Shown: in pieces, positions 26,458-36,755 of the stretch | How positions within the stretch are numbered: position 1 is the stretch's first letter | Layout: each line of letters begins with the position of its first letter | Source: Ascoidea asiatica JCM 7603 | Lineage: Eukaryota; Fungi; Ascomycota | Direction of reading: 5' to 3' | DNA: 64,000 nucleotides | Assembly (NCBI GenBank): GCA_001600695.1 | Contig: BCKQ01000001.1 | Span: forward strand, 414,279 to 478,278 | Notes under the pieces: model-generated | Told to the model about the DNA's origin: nothing | The model's database searches: none | The model's input: the letters and a program-made list of their open reading frames with translations, nothing else | Translations under genes and position numbers: made by a program

Positions 26458-27254
26458 TTATATAATTATATCACATTCACTAGATAATAAATTATTAAAA
26501 TGATTTTGAATAGGATCTTTAAATTGATCTTCAAATTGATTATAATTAATTAATTCATTATTATTATTTGATTCAAATATTGAAAAAATTGAATCTTCAT
26601 TATTTGTATTATCTGATAAAATAATTGAATTATAATTATCATTAATAATAAAATTTTTATTTTTATTAGAATAATTTTCAAAATCTGATTTTAAATTAAA
26701 AATATCAATTTGATCTGAATTTAATGATTGATAATGAAATTTATTATTCTCAAATTGACTTATATCAATAAAATCACTAAATAATTTATCAAAATTTTCA
26801 TCTTCATTTTCTTTTTCATTCTCATTCTCATTCTCCTTTTCACTCTTAATCTTTATATTTACATCATTATTGAAATTATTAGAATTGTTATTATTGAAAT
26901 TTTTTAATTGAATTTTGATTAAATTAACTTGATAATTAAATGATTTTTCATCAATTTCCTCAATTTCATCAATTTCATCAATATCAGTAATTTCATTAAT
27001 ATTATTTATTTCATTAAATGATTTTAAATCATTAGAATTTATTGTATTAAATGAATTTAATATTGATATTGGAATTTTTTTATTTTTAAATAATTTTTTA
27101 ATTGAATCAATTTGAATTATAATTTCATTTTTATTTAATTCTTATTTAAGCGCCAATGATTAAAATTGAATTGTTAATAATTTTTACTCTTTTTAATAAT
27201 TTTTATATATTAAATAATTGTTTAAGGGTATTATATACTGAATTGATTATCCAT
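26458..27254 (-). CDS. Intron-containing orphan gene, 232 aa (exons 27254-27239 and 27140-26458); candidate meiotic Mer1 target
   Basis: 683-nt stop-free, Met-free reading frame ending TAA at 26460-26458. It joins in frame to ATG GAT AAT CAA TTC A via intron GTATAT...TATTAAC...AAG, giving MDNQFKLNKNEIIIQIDSIKKLFKNKKIP...NLLSSECDIII. Confidence 0.75.
27141..27238 (-). other. 98-nt non-consensus intron with Mer1 enhancer-like element ATACCCTT (27231-27224)
   Basis: 5' GTATAT at 27238; AYACCCUY match at intron +8..+15; branch point TATTAAC at 27179-27173; the first downstream AG (AAG, 27143-27141) restores the frame. Confidence 0.72.
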
Positions 27255-27617
27255 ATTTTAAAGCCAATTGATTGATGCTGATAATGATAATAATTATTGA
27301 TTATTGATTATTGATTATTGATTATTGATTATTGATTGTTTATTGAGAATATTGTTTTGATTTGAAGATTTGATATTGTTTTTAATAATAAGAGTTTTAA
27401 CTAAAGTATAGAAATGATTGATTAAAGTGGCGTTAAGTGAATATTTCTTTAGAAATCTTGAAAGTAATAAATACAAAAAAAAAAAATGATTTTATCTATT
27501 TCATTAACATTATTTAATTGATTATTTAATTGATTATTTACAGGATAATATATATATATAAGATATATAATAAAATATTAGTTAAGATAATTTTAATTAA
27601 TTTTAATTTAATTTTAA

Positions 27618-28042
27618 TTAATTTTCAGATATTTTTGCTAAAATTTCAGCATCTCTAAATAAAGTAAAATTTTCTTCACCAATTTTAACATTTTGACCAC
27701 CAAATTCAGGAATTAAAACTTGTTCACCAGCTTTAACAGAAGTTGGAATAACTTTACCATCTTGATTAACAAAACCTGGACCAACAGAAATAACTTTTGC
27801 TTGCATTAATTTTTCTTTTGATTTATCAGGTAAATAAATACCTGAAGCTGTTACAGTTTCTTGCTTTAATCTTTGAACTAAAACTCTATCGAATAATGGG
27901 TTTAAACAAGTTACTGTTTTTAATAATGTAGCCTAATTGGAATATGAAAATAAATAAAATATTGTTAGTTTTTTTTGATTTCTTTAAATGAATGAATTAT
28001 TTCATGAATAATATGATAATGAATAGATTAGTGACATACCAT
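27618..28042 (-). CDS. HSP10: Mitochondrial co-chaperonin Hsp10, 105 aa; exon 1 is only ATG (28042-28040), intron 28039-27933, exon 2 27932-27618
   Basis: ATG|GTATGT...AACTAAC (27970-27964)...TAG gives MATLLKTVTCLNPLFDRVLVQR...TASGIYLP...VGPG...PEFGG...LFRDAEILAKI. Confidence 0.95.
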
Positions 28043-28259
28043 TTTGGAAATATAAAGAAGGTGATTAATAAGAAGAGTAGTTATTACTTGTATTTAATAA
28101 TAATATAATAATTAATGATTTCAATATTGTTTCTTAAGAAGCTTCACAAAAGACAAAATGGGTTTTTATATTCTTTTTTGGTTTATGAACTGAGTGAAGA
28201 TTCATTGAAGATTCATTGAAGATTTGTCAATTCGAAAACAAACTGAAAATTTCACCCGC

Positions 28260-28302
28260 AGAAATTTCTAGAGCTTTGCCCGGATCTCGTTGGATTTACC
28301 CG
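28260..28302. promoter_or_regulatory. Heat-shock element and Reb1-type site upstream of HSP10
   Basis: aGAAatTTCtaGAG at 28260-28273 (nGAAnnTTCnnGAA-like) and TTACCCG at 28296-28302, in a GC-rich island about 220-260 bp upstream of the ATG. Confidence 0.55.
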
Positions 28303-28520
28303 AACGACCGCGGATAAGATCCTGAACCGGAAACGATAAAAAAAAATTGAAAACCGCGGGTCATGTGAAATTTCGAGACCAGTTCCATGGATTCAAATTT
28401 TCAATTATTTATTTACTTTATATACTTGATTAAAAAGAATGAAATAAATAAATGAATTAGATAATGAGAAGAAGATGAGAAGATGATATGAATATGAATA
28501 AGTATTAATTATAATTATAA

Positions 28521-30102
28521 TTATAATAGTTTAGTTTCAGAATTGATTAAACTAATTAAAAATTCAACTTCTAATTTTTTTCTTGATTCAATAAGCCAAT
28601 CATCAGCTAATTTTCTTGACCAACCTTTTAAATTTGAAACTTCTTCAACAGCATCATCAATTTTACCTAATAATAAAGAATTATTAACTCTTGCTAAAAC
28701 AGATTCAATATCATTACCAATTGGTGAACCATTTTTTGGTATTAATAATTTTGAAAAAATTTTACTTGATAAATGACCTAATAAACCTGAATTTGGTGGT
28801 AATAAAGATATTGATCTTAATTCAGGTTCTAATAATTTCCATTTTGAATATAATTGAGAATTATTTAAAATTCCAAATTCTATAGCTTCAGAAGGTAATG
28901 AATTTAAAGTAATTTCAATTAATTTATAATTATTTTCAATTGAAATTTTTTTTAAATCATTAATTAAAATTTTTAAATTTTTTGGTTTATTATTAATATT
29001 ATTATTAATTAAAATTAAATTTAAATTATTTAAAATTTTATTAAATTTTATTAAATTTTCAAAATTTTTTAAATTTAATTCAATTGAATTTAAAAAATCA
29101 TTAAGATTATTTAAATTATTATTAATTTTATTTAAATTTTTAAATTTTAAATTTCTTTCTAAATTTAATTTATTTTCAATTTTTGAATTAAATTTTAAAA
29201 TTTGATTAATTTTTATAGAATTTATTGAATTTAAAATTTCTTTTGAAATTTTTTCTTTAATTGAATTAATTTCAATAATTAAATTTTCTTTATTTTTTTT
29301 TTCAATAAATAATTTTTCATTATTAAATTTATTAATTAAATCTTTTAAAATTTTATTTTTTTCATTTTCTAAAAAAAAATCATTTTTAAGATTTAAATTA
29401 TTTTTAAAAGAATTTAAAGAATTTTCAAAATTTATTGATAAATTATTAATTTCATTTGAAAGATTTAAAATTGATTGATTAATTGAATTAATATTTAAAT
29501 TTATATTATCTTTAGTTAAAGTATTTATATTATTAATTTGATTAATTAAAGAATTGAATGAATTTATAGTATTAATTAATTCATTATTATTAATATTATT
29601 ATCTAAATTAATATTTGGAATATTTAATTTATTCAAAGTTAATTCAGGTGATGAAATAGATGAAATAGATGAAATAGGTTCAATAATGGTGGTTGTTTCA
29701 ATATCTTTATTAAGAGAATCAATTTGTTTATTATTTAATTGAATATCTTTAATGATTTCATTATTTGTAGATTTATTAAAATTAAATAAATTATTTAATA
29801 AATAAGATTTAAAATTTATTAATTTTAAATCAAAATAATTTTTTAATTGAATTAAATAAATTTTATAATTTAAATTTTTAATATCATTTATTGAAATTTT
29901 TTTAAATATTGAAAATAAAGTATTTGAATCTTTTTTTAAATAATTTAAAAAATTTTCATGAAATGGTATAAATTCATTTAATTTTTTTTTTAAAAATTCA
30001 TTATTAATTGAAATATATGTTAAAATTAAATAAATTGAAGTTGTATAAAAAGTTGTTTTAAATAATAAAAATTTCCAAGAAAATGATTTTGATTTTTTTG
30101 AA

Positions 30103-30136
<34 letters not shown>

Positions 30137-30410
30137 CATCTTTCTTTTCTTCATACATATCAGAATCTTTTGGTATTGGATCAACTTTAAATTTTTTTGA
30201 AGAAGAAATTATTGAAGAATCAATATTAAGTTTTAAATTATTAAAATTTTCATCTTTTTTATTAATTATTGAAGTTGAAAATTTCTTAAGTGTAGTAATT
30301 GTATTAATGTTATTAATATATGATATTTTTCTTAATTGAGATTGTAAATTTGTTTTAATCAATTGATTTGAAAATGGGATTAATTTACCCTTTGAAACAA
30401 TACGATACAT
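28521..30410 (-). CDS. MIC60: MICOS subunit Mic60 (mitofilin)
   Basis: Presequence, single TM, coiled coil and C-terminal mitofilin domain SLLPPNSGLLGHL...GNDIESVLARV...AVEEVSNLKGWSRKLADDWLIESRKKLE. Confidence 0.94.
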
Positions 30411-30723
30411 TTTTAAATGATCATTGATTGAATGAATTGAATGAATTGAATGATTTTGTTTATATTCTTATTGAATTGTTACTCAATTGAATATATATCT
30501 TCGTCTTAGATCAATTCTTCATATATTCTTTTATTCATATATTATTCATATATTATTCATATATTCTATTCAGCCAGTGGCGAATTGAAAAAGCATGGAA
30601 ACTATCACTGAATTACCACTGAACCAATGAATTTGCTTGTTTTTGAGAACCAAAGCAGTGACTAAGCAGTGACTAAGCAGGACTAGCTAGTCACCTGACA
30701 GACCACATGATCAACCACCACAT

Positions 30724-30830
30724 TTCTCTCTTTCTTCTCTTCTCTTTTCTTCTCTTCTCTCTTCTCTTCTCTTCTCTCTTCTCTCTCATTACATTCTCTC
30801 TTTCTTCTCTCTTCTCTCATTTCTTTCTTT
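30724..30830. repeat. Polypyrimidine (CT-rich) tract in the MIC60/IML2 divergent promoter
   Basis: About 100 nt of almost pure C/T (TTCTC-like units) on the + strand. Confidence 0.8.
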
Positions 30831-31159
30831 TGTTAACCGCGCGAAAATTGATTATAAAATTGATTATAAAATTGATAATGAAATTGATGTCACCAGCCAC
30901 ATCACGTACTTCAAATTCCACACATGCCGAACTTGCCACTCCGAGGCTGTTTTGTTTAGTTCTTTTTCTTGCTAAGCTTTTGATAATCTGCTTAATCACT
31001 GTTTTGAAAGGTAAACAATCAAAGCAGTTAATACTTCACTCATTTTCATTTCTCTCATATTTCTTTCTTTCTTTCTTATTTCTTCTTTCTTATTTCTTTC
31101 TTTCTTTATTATCTAATTCAAATACTAAATAATATATATTCAATTCAATCAATTTAATA

Positions 31160-33691
31160 ATGTTTCGTTCATTGTTAGGTTTTGCAACTCCATCTTCCTC
31201 TTCATCTTCATCTTCATCACCATCCCCATCAACTTCTTCAAATCCATCTCCAGAATCATCATCATCTTCAATAATTTCATCATCTTCAATAAAATCAAAA
31301 TCAAAATCAATTAATGAAAATTATTTATCAAATGAAGAAATTTTACAAATTTTACAAGAATCTTTTGATTTTGAAATTGCTTTAAAATCAATGGATTTTT
31401 TATTAAATGATAATTCAAATCATGGTTTAAATTTACTTTTAAATTTTAATAAAAAAAATAATAAAGGTATTTTAAAATTAGCTGAAGGTGTAATTTCATT
31501 TATAAAATCAACTTTAGGTTTTGAAATTGAAATTATTAAATTATCAAATAAAATTTTATCTGATTCTGAAAATTTAAATTTATTAAATAAAAATTTAAAA
31601 ATTAATAATAAAAATTTAAATAATTCAAATATTTTTAAAATTGGTACAGAATTTAATTTAACTTATGCTGAATCAATTTTATTAAATGCTTTATTAACTT
31701 TATTATCTGAAAATACAACTATTGAAAATTTAAAAGCTTTATATAAATTAAGAAAAGCTTATCATATTTTAAATGATATAAATAAATCTATTGAATTATA
31801 TTATAATAATTTAACCGCTGATACAAATAACTTAACCGCTGATACAAATAAAAATTTGAATCAATTAAATTTTATTCATATACCTTATAAATTATCAAAT
31901 GATCAAAAAAATAATCCAGAAATTATTAATAAATTAATTGAAATTAATAATTTAAGAATTTCAAGATTTAATGGTACTAATATTCAACAAAATAATTATA
32001 ATACAAAACATGAACTTACTGAATTAAGTGATAATGATATTGATTTTAATAATAAAAATCAAAAAATAGAATCAAATAGAAAAACAAAATCAACTCCAAA
32101 TTTACTTTCTAAATCTCCATCTTTATCACCATCTTTATCACCTTCTTTATCACCTTCTTCATCTTCAAATTCATTTTTTAATTCAAATAATAATTTAAAT
32201 AATAATTTAAATAATAATTTAAATAATAATTTAAATAATAATATAAATACAAATAAATATTTATCAATTGATAATTATGATGATAATTTTAAAAAAATTT
32301 TAAATTTAAATAATTTTAAAAATCAAAATTTATCAACTATTGATGAATTTATAATATCTGGTGTTTATTTATGTTTTGGAATTTTACAACTTGTTTTATC
32401 TTTATTACCTTCAACAATTGGTAAAGTTTTATCAATTATTGGTTTTAAAGGTTCAAAAGAAAATGGTTTAAAATTATTATGGAAAGCTTCAAATGAAAGA
32501 AATATTCATGGTTCTTTAGCAATTTTAACTTTATTAGTATTTTATGATGGTCCTTTTCAATTTACTGATTCTGATTTTAATCCAAAATTATTAAATAATT
32601 TAACAACTTTATTAAATCCAGATAAAAATTTAGATAATATTTTATTAAAAATGAGATATTTATTTCCAAATAATTCTTTATGGTATTTACAACAATCAAG
32701 AATGTTATCTTCAAAAGGTAAATTAATTGAATCTTTAAAAATTTTAAATTCTTTTAAAAATTATAATAATATTCAAATGAAACAAATTCAAGCTTTAATA
32801 ATTTTTGATAAAGCTTTAATTTTATCTTTTTTACATAATTTTGAAAATTCTTCTTTAGAATTTTTAAATTTAATTAAAATTAATTCTTGGTCTCATGCTT
32901 TATATTCATTTTTTGCAGGTTCTTGTTATTTAGAATTATATAGAATGTGTGAATTAAATTTATATAAATTAACTGAAAATGATATTAAAATTGGTTTTAA
33001 AAATATTAATGATAAAAAATTTTGGTTTTTAAAAGAATGTGAATTAAAAATTTTAAATTCAATAAATTTAATTAATATTAAAAAAATTTCAAATAAAAAA
33101 CAAATGCCATTTGATAAATTTTTAATAAGAAAAATTAATTCAATAAAATTAATTCAAAAAAATTTAAATTTATCTTTTATTGAATCTATTGGAACTTCTT
33201 TAATTCATGAATTAATATATTTTTGGAATGGTTATAATAAAATGTCAAATGATCAATTAAATTTATCTTTAAATTTACTTTCATATCATGATAATATTCA
33301 ATCTAAATATAAAATTGAAATTAAAAATGAAATTGAAAATGAAAATGAAAAATTAATAAAATTTATTTTAAAATCAATAATTTTAAGAAAATTAGGTAAA
33401 TTATCTGAAGGTAAAAAAATCTTAGATGATAATGTTATAAATAAATTAATAATTTTTGATTCAAATTTACCAAAAGGTTATAAATTTATTAAAAAAACTA
33501 ATGATCCATGGTTATATCCTTCTGCATTTTATGAAAGAGCTTTATTTACTTGGAATGAAAAATATTCAAATGGTATAGATGAAGTTAAAGATTGGTTATA
33601 TAAAGCAAGAGATTATTCTGATGATTATGAATTAAGTACAAGAATTTCAATGAAAATTAAAGCTGCAATTGATAGATTAGAATCCATGTAA
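31160..33691 (+). CDS. IML2: Iml2/YKR018C family (TTC39-like) protein
   Basis: TIDEFIISGVYLCFGILQLVLSLLP..IGKVLSIIGFKGS, LLVFYDGPFQF, WSHALY, YFWNGY, DPWLYPSAFYE and DDYELSTRISMKIKAAIDRL. Confidence 0.93.
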   Translation: MFRSLLGFATPSSSSSSSSSPSPSTSSNPSPESSSSSIISSSSIKSKSKSINENYLSNEEILQILQESFDFEIALKSMDFLLNDNSNHGLNLLLNFNKKNNKGILKLAEGVISFIKSTLGFEIEIIKLSNKILSDSENLNLLNKNLKINNKNLNNSNIFKIGTEFNLTYAESILLNALLTLLSENTTIENLKALYKLRKAYHILNDINKSIELYYNNLTADTNNLTADTNKNLNQLNFIHIPYKLSNDQKNNPEIINKLIEINNLRISRFNGTNIQQNNYNTKHELTELSDNDIDFNNKNQKIESNRKTKSTPNLLSKSPSLSPSLSPSLSPSSSSNSFFNSNNNLNNNLNNNLNNNLNNNINTNKYLSIDNYDDNFKKILNLNNFKNQNLSTIDEFIISGVYLCFGILQLVLSLLPSTIGKVLSIIGFKGSKENGLKLLWKASNERNIHGSLAILTLLVFYDGPFQFTDSDFNPKLLNNLTTLLNPDKNLDNILLKMRYLFPNNSLWYLQQSRMLSSKGKLIESLKILNSFKNYNNIQMKQIQALIIFDKALILSFLHNFENSSLEFLNLIKINSWSHALYSFFAGSCYLELYRMCELNLYKLTENDIKIGFKNINDKKFWFLKECELKILNSINLINIKKISNKKQMPFDKFLIRKINSIKLIQKNLNLSFIESIGTSLIHELIYFWNGYNKMSNDQLNLSLNLLSYHDNIQSKYKIEIKNEIENENEKLIKFILKSIILRKLGKLSEGKKILDDNVINKLIIFDSNLPKGYKFIKKTNDPWLYPSAFYERALFTWNEKYSNGIDEVKDWLYKARDYSDDYELSTRISMKIKAAIDRLESM

Positions 33692-34209
33692 ATATTATAA
33701 ATTTTAATTAAAATAATTAAAAACAAAAAAACTTTCTCTCTTTTTTTTTTTTTAACAAAAACTTTACATAGATAGATTTTTATATACAGACATTCAATTC
33801 TTTATTTATTATTTTTATTCACTTTCCTTTTATTCATTTCTTATTTGTTTCTATGAATAGATATTTTTCTATAATTTGACAGTAAATTTATATAAAATTT
33901 AATTTGGGGGGTGTTTTCAATTCAATTTCCTCAAACTTTTTCAATATTTTTGGGGGTGAATGAAATTATGAAATTATGAAATTATGAAAGCATGAAAATG
34001 AAAGCATGACGTAATCAGAGAAAAGCCGGTGAATTTTTAAAAAAAAAACCAGAATTTTGGAAGTTTTTTGAATTGAATTTGATTATTTATTGATAAAAGA
34101 CAATCACTTTATTAAAGAATTGATTTTTATGATTATTATTCTTTAAATAAGAAATACAATTTGAATTCAATTGAAATAAAAAAAAGTAATAGAAAGTATA
34201 TTATTCATA

Positions 34210-35283
34210 ATGATTCAAATTTGTAAAACAGATCTATTATCAAAATCAATTAAATTTGGGTTTAATAGTTCAAGATATTATACTTCAAAAATAAATAATG
34301 TTAAAAATAATTTAAATTTTGATTATTATCCAATTCATCATTCATTTTTACCAAAATCTCCAAGTAATCCAAAAGAACCAATATTATTCATACATGATAT
34401 ATTTGGTAATAGAAATATTTATTCAAAAGAATGTAAAGAGTTAGCATTAACTTTAGAAACTCCAATTTATAATTTAAATTTATTTCCATTTTTAAATAAT
34501 AAAAAAAATTTAAATAATTCATTAAATTTTAAAGATTTAATGAATTATTTTAAAAAAAATATTTTAAATGAATTAAATTTAAATAAATTTAATTTAATTG
34601 GATATGGATTAGGTGGAAAATTATCAATGTTATTAAGTTTAGATTTAGAAATTAAAAATAAAATTAATAAATTAATTATTATTGATGAAATTCCAAAAAA
34701 AAATAATGAAATAATTTTAAAAATTTTAAATAATTATATAAATTCATTAATTTATTTAACAAAAGATAAAAAAATTTTAAAAAAAAATAAAAATTGGGCA
34801 GAAGATTGTAAAGAAATTATGTTAAATAAATTTAATATTAAAAATAATTATATACAAAATTATTTATTATTAAATTTAACAAATAAATTCAATTTAAATT
34901 TAAATTTAAATTCCAAATATATTGAAAGTTTAATTCCATTAGATATTCTTAAAAATTCAATTTCAAATCTTTCAAAATGGCCTTTAACTAATGATAATGA
35001 TTCTGATAATCAATTTTTAAATTCAACATTATTTTTATTAGGTAAAAATTCAGAATATTTAAAAAATCAAGGAATTATAACTGAAGAAATTTATAAATAT
35101 TATCCTAAAAATACAATTGAATACTTAAATACAAGTCATTTTTTAATAGAAGAACAAAATACAAAATTTGTTAATAAAATTTGTGAATTTATTATCAATG
35201 ATGGAATGCTAGATGAAGAATTAAAAGAACATTATTCAAAAGAATCAAATGACAATGATGGAACTGTTTGCCATACTATTTAA
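34210..35283 (+). CDS. Mitochondrial alpha/beta hydrolase of the Eat1/Imo32/ABHD11 type, nucleophile Ser replaced by Gly
   Basis: PILFIHDIFG, NLIGYGLGGKLSM, LIIIDEIP, TLFLLGKNSEYL and TSHFLIEE match the family layout; presequence-like N-terminus. Confidence 0.7.
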   Translation: MIQICKTDLLSKSIKFGFNSSRYYTSKINNVKNNLNFDYYPIHHSFLPKSPSNPKEPILFIHDIFGNRNIYSKECKELALTLETPIYNLNLFPFLNNKKNLNNSLNFKDLMNYFKKNILNELNLNKFNLIGYGLGGKLSMLLSLDLEIKNKINKLIIIDEIPKKNNEIILKILNNYINSLIYLTKDKKILKKNKNWAEDCKEIMLNKFNIKNNYIQNYLLLNLTNKFNLNLNLNSKYIESLIPLDILKNSISNLSKWPLTNDNDSDNQFLNSTLFLLGKNSEYLKNQGIITEEIYKYYPKNTIEYLNTSHFLIEEQNTKFVNKICEFIINDGMLDEELKEHYSKESNDNDGTVCHTI

Positions 35284-35726
35284 ATCCACTTATCTTCTCA
35301 CATCCTCTTTTCTTCTATATTCGTTACTTTCTCTTACTCTTAATACTAATACAATTATAATATTTATTTATATTTCATTCACCAGCAGCAAATTCACCAG
35401 ATCTTCTTTTGTAGCAATAATTCAAATAAATACCACAGAGACCGTTTTGGGTAATTCTGCAAACACCGCTAAATCCGCTAAATCCGCCATTCACGTGGCA
35501 TTCCGAATTTTTATCCGCTTTCCGCTGATTTCTAAGCAAAAACAGAAAAAGCAGTGAAATATAATTAGAATAATAAACATAATAAACATAATAAATATAA
35601 TAAATATAATAAAGATAGAAAGATAATAAAGATATAAATATGAGACTTAAGCGCTGGAATTAAAAGAAGATAATCGATTCAAATATAAGTATAATTTAAT
35701 ATTCAATTCATTCAGTTATATCCATA

Positions 35727-36587
35727 ATGTCAATCACTTCCAAAACTAAATATTTATTAAATTCAGGTTATGAAATTCCAATAATTGCCTTAGGCGTTTA
35801 TAAAACAATTGGTAATGATGCTGAAAAAATTGTATATGATGCTTTAAATTTAGGTTATAGACATTTTGATTCTGCAGAATTTTATAATAATGAAAGAGAA
35901 GTTGTAAATGGTATTAAAAAATGGTTAGATGAAGATAAAATTAATAGAAAAAGATCTGAAATTTTTTTTACAACTAAAATTTTTGATAATCGTCATGGTT
36001 ATAATGAAGCAAAAATTGGTATTAAAGAAAGAATTGAATTTGCAAAAAAAATAGATTATATTGATTTAATTTTAATTCATTCACCAATGTCAAATAAAAA
36101 AAAAAGATTAGAAACTTGGAAAGCATTACAAGAATCTGTTAATTCTGGAAAAGTTAAATCAATTGGTGTTTCAAATTTTGGTATTAATCATATTGAAGAA
36201 ATTTTAAATTTTAATGATTTAAAAATTAAACCTTGTGTTAATCAAATTGAATTAAATCCATGGTTAATGAGATCTGAATTAGTTAATTATTGTAAATCAA
36301 AAAATATTTTACTTGAAGCTTATTCTCCATTAACAAGAGGTATAAGAATTAATGATCCTGAAATTACAAAATTTTCAAAAAAATATAATAAATCAAATGC
36401 TCAAATTTTATTACGTTGGTCAATTGATCAAGGTTTTATAACTTTACCAAAAACTGTAACTAAAGAAAGAGCAAAAGAAAATTTAGATATTTTTAATTTT
36501 GATTGTGATTTATCTTCTTTAAGTCATCCAAATGATTATTATGTTTCTGCAACTCATTGGGATCCAACAACTTATATAGATCCATAA
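35727..36587 (+). CDS. Aldo-keto reductase (YJR096W / 2,5-DKG reductase-like)
   Basis: GYRHFDSAEFY, FTTK, LIHSP, SIGVSNF, VNQIELNPW, AYSPL and QILLRW motifs; D-Y-K-H tetrad intact. Confidence 0.93.
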   Translation: MSITSKTKYLLNSGYEIPIIALGVYKTIGNDAEKIVYDALNLGYRHFDSAEFYNNEREVVNGIKKWLDEDKINRKRSEIFFTTKIFDNRHGYNEAKIGIKERIEFAKKIDYIDLILIHSPMSNKKKRLETWKALQESVNSGKVKSIGVSNFGINHIEEILNFNDLKIKPCVNQIELNPWLMRSELVNYCKSKNILLEAYSPLTRGIRINDPEITKFSKKYNKSNAQILLRWSIDQGFITLPKTVTKERAKENLDIFNFDCDLSSLSHPNDYYVSATHWDPTTYIDP

Positions 36588-36755
36588 TTTTTAAAGAATA
36601 AATTTTTTTTTTTTTTTTTTTTTCATTAAAGTCATAAAACTAAATTATATAAAAAATCATTAAAAAATAAAAAAAATGAACTGAAAAATTATAGAGTATA
36701 ATAATTATCAAATATAAAAATTAAAACAAAAGATATTCAAACCTTGTTATGAATT

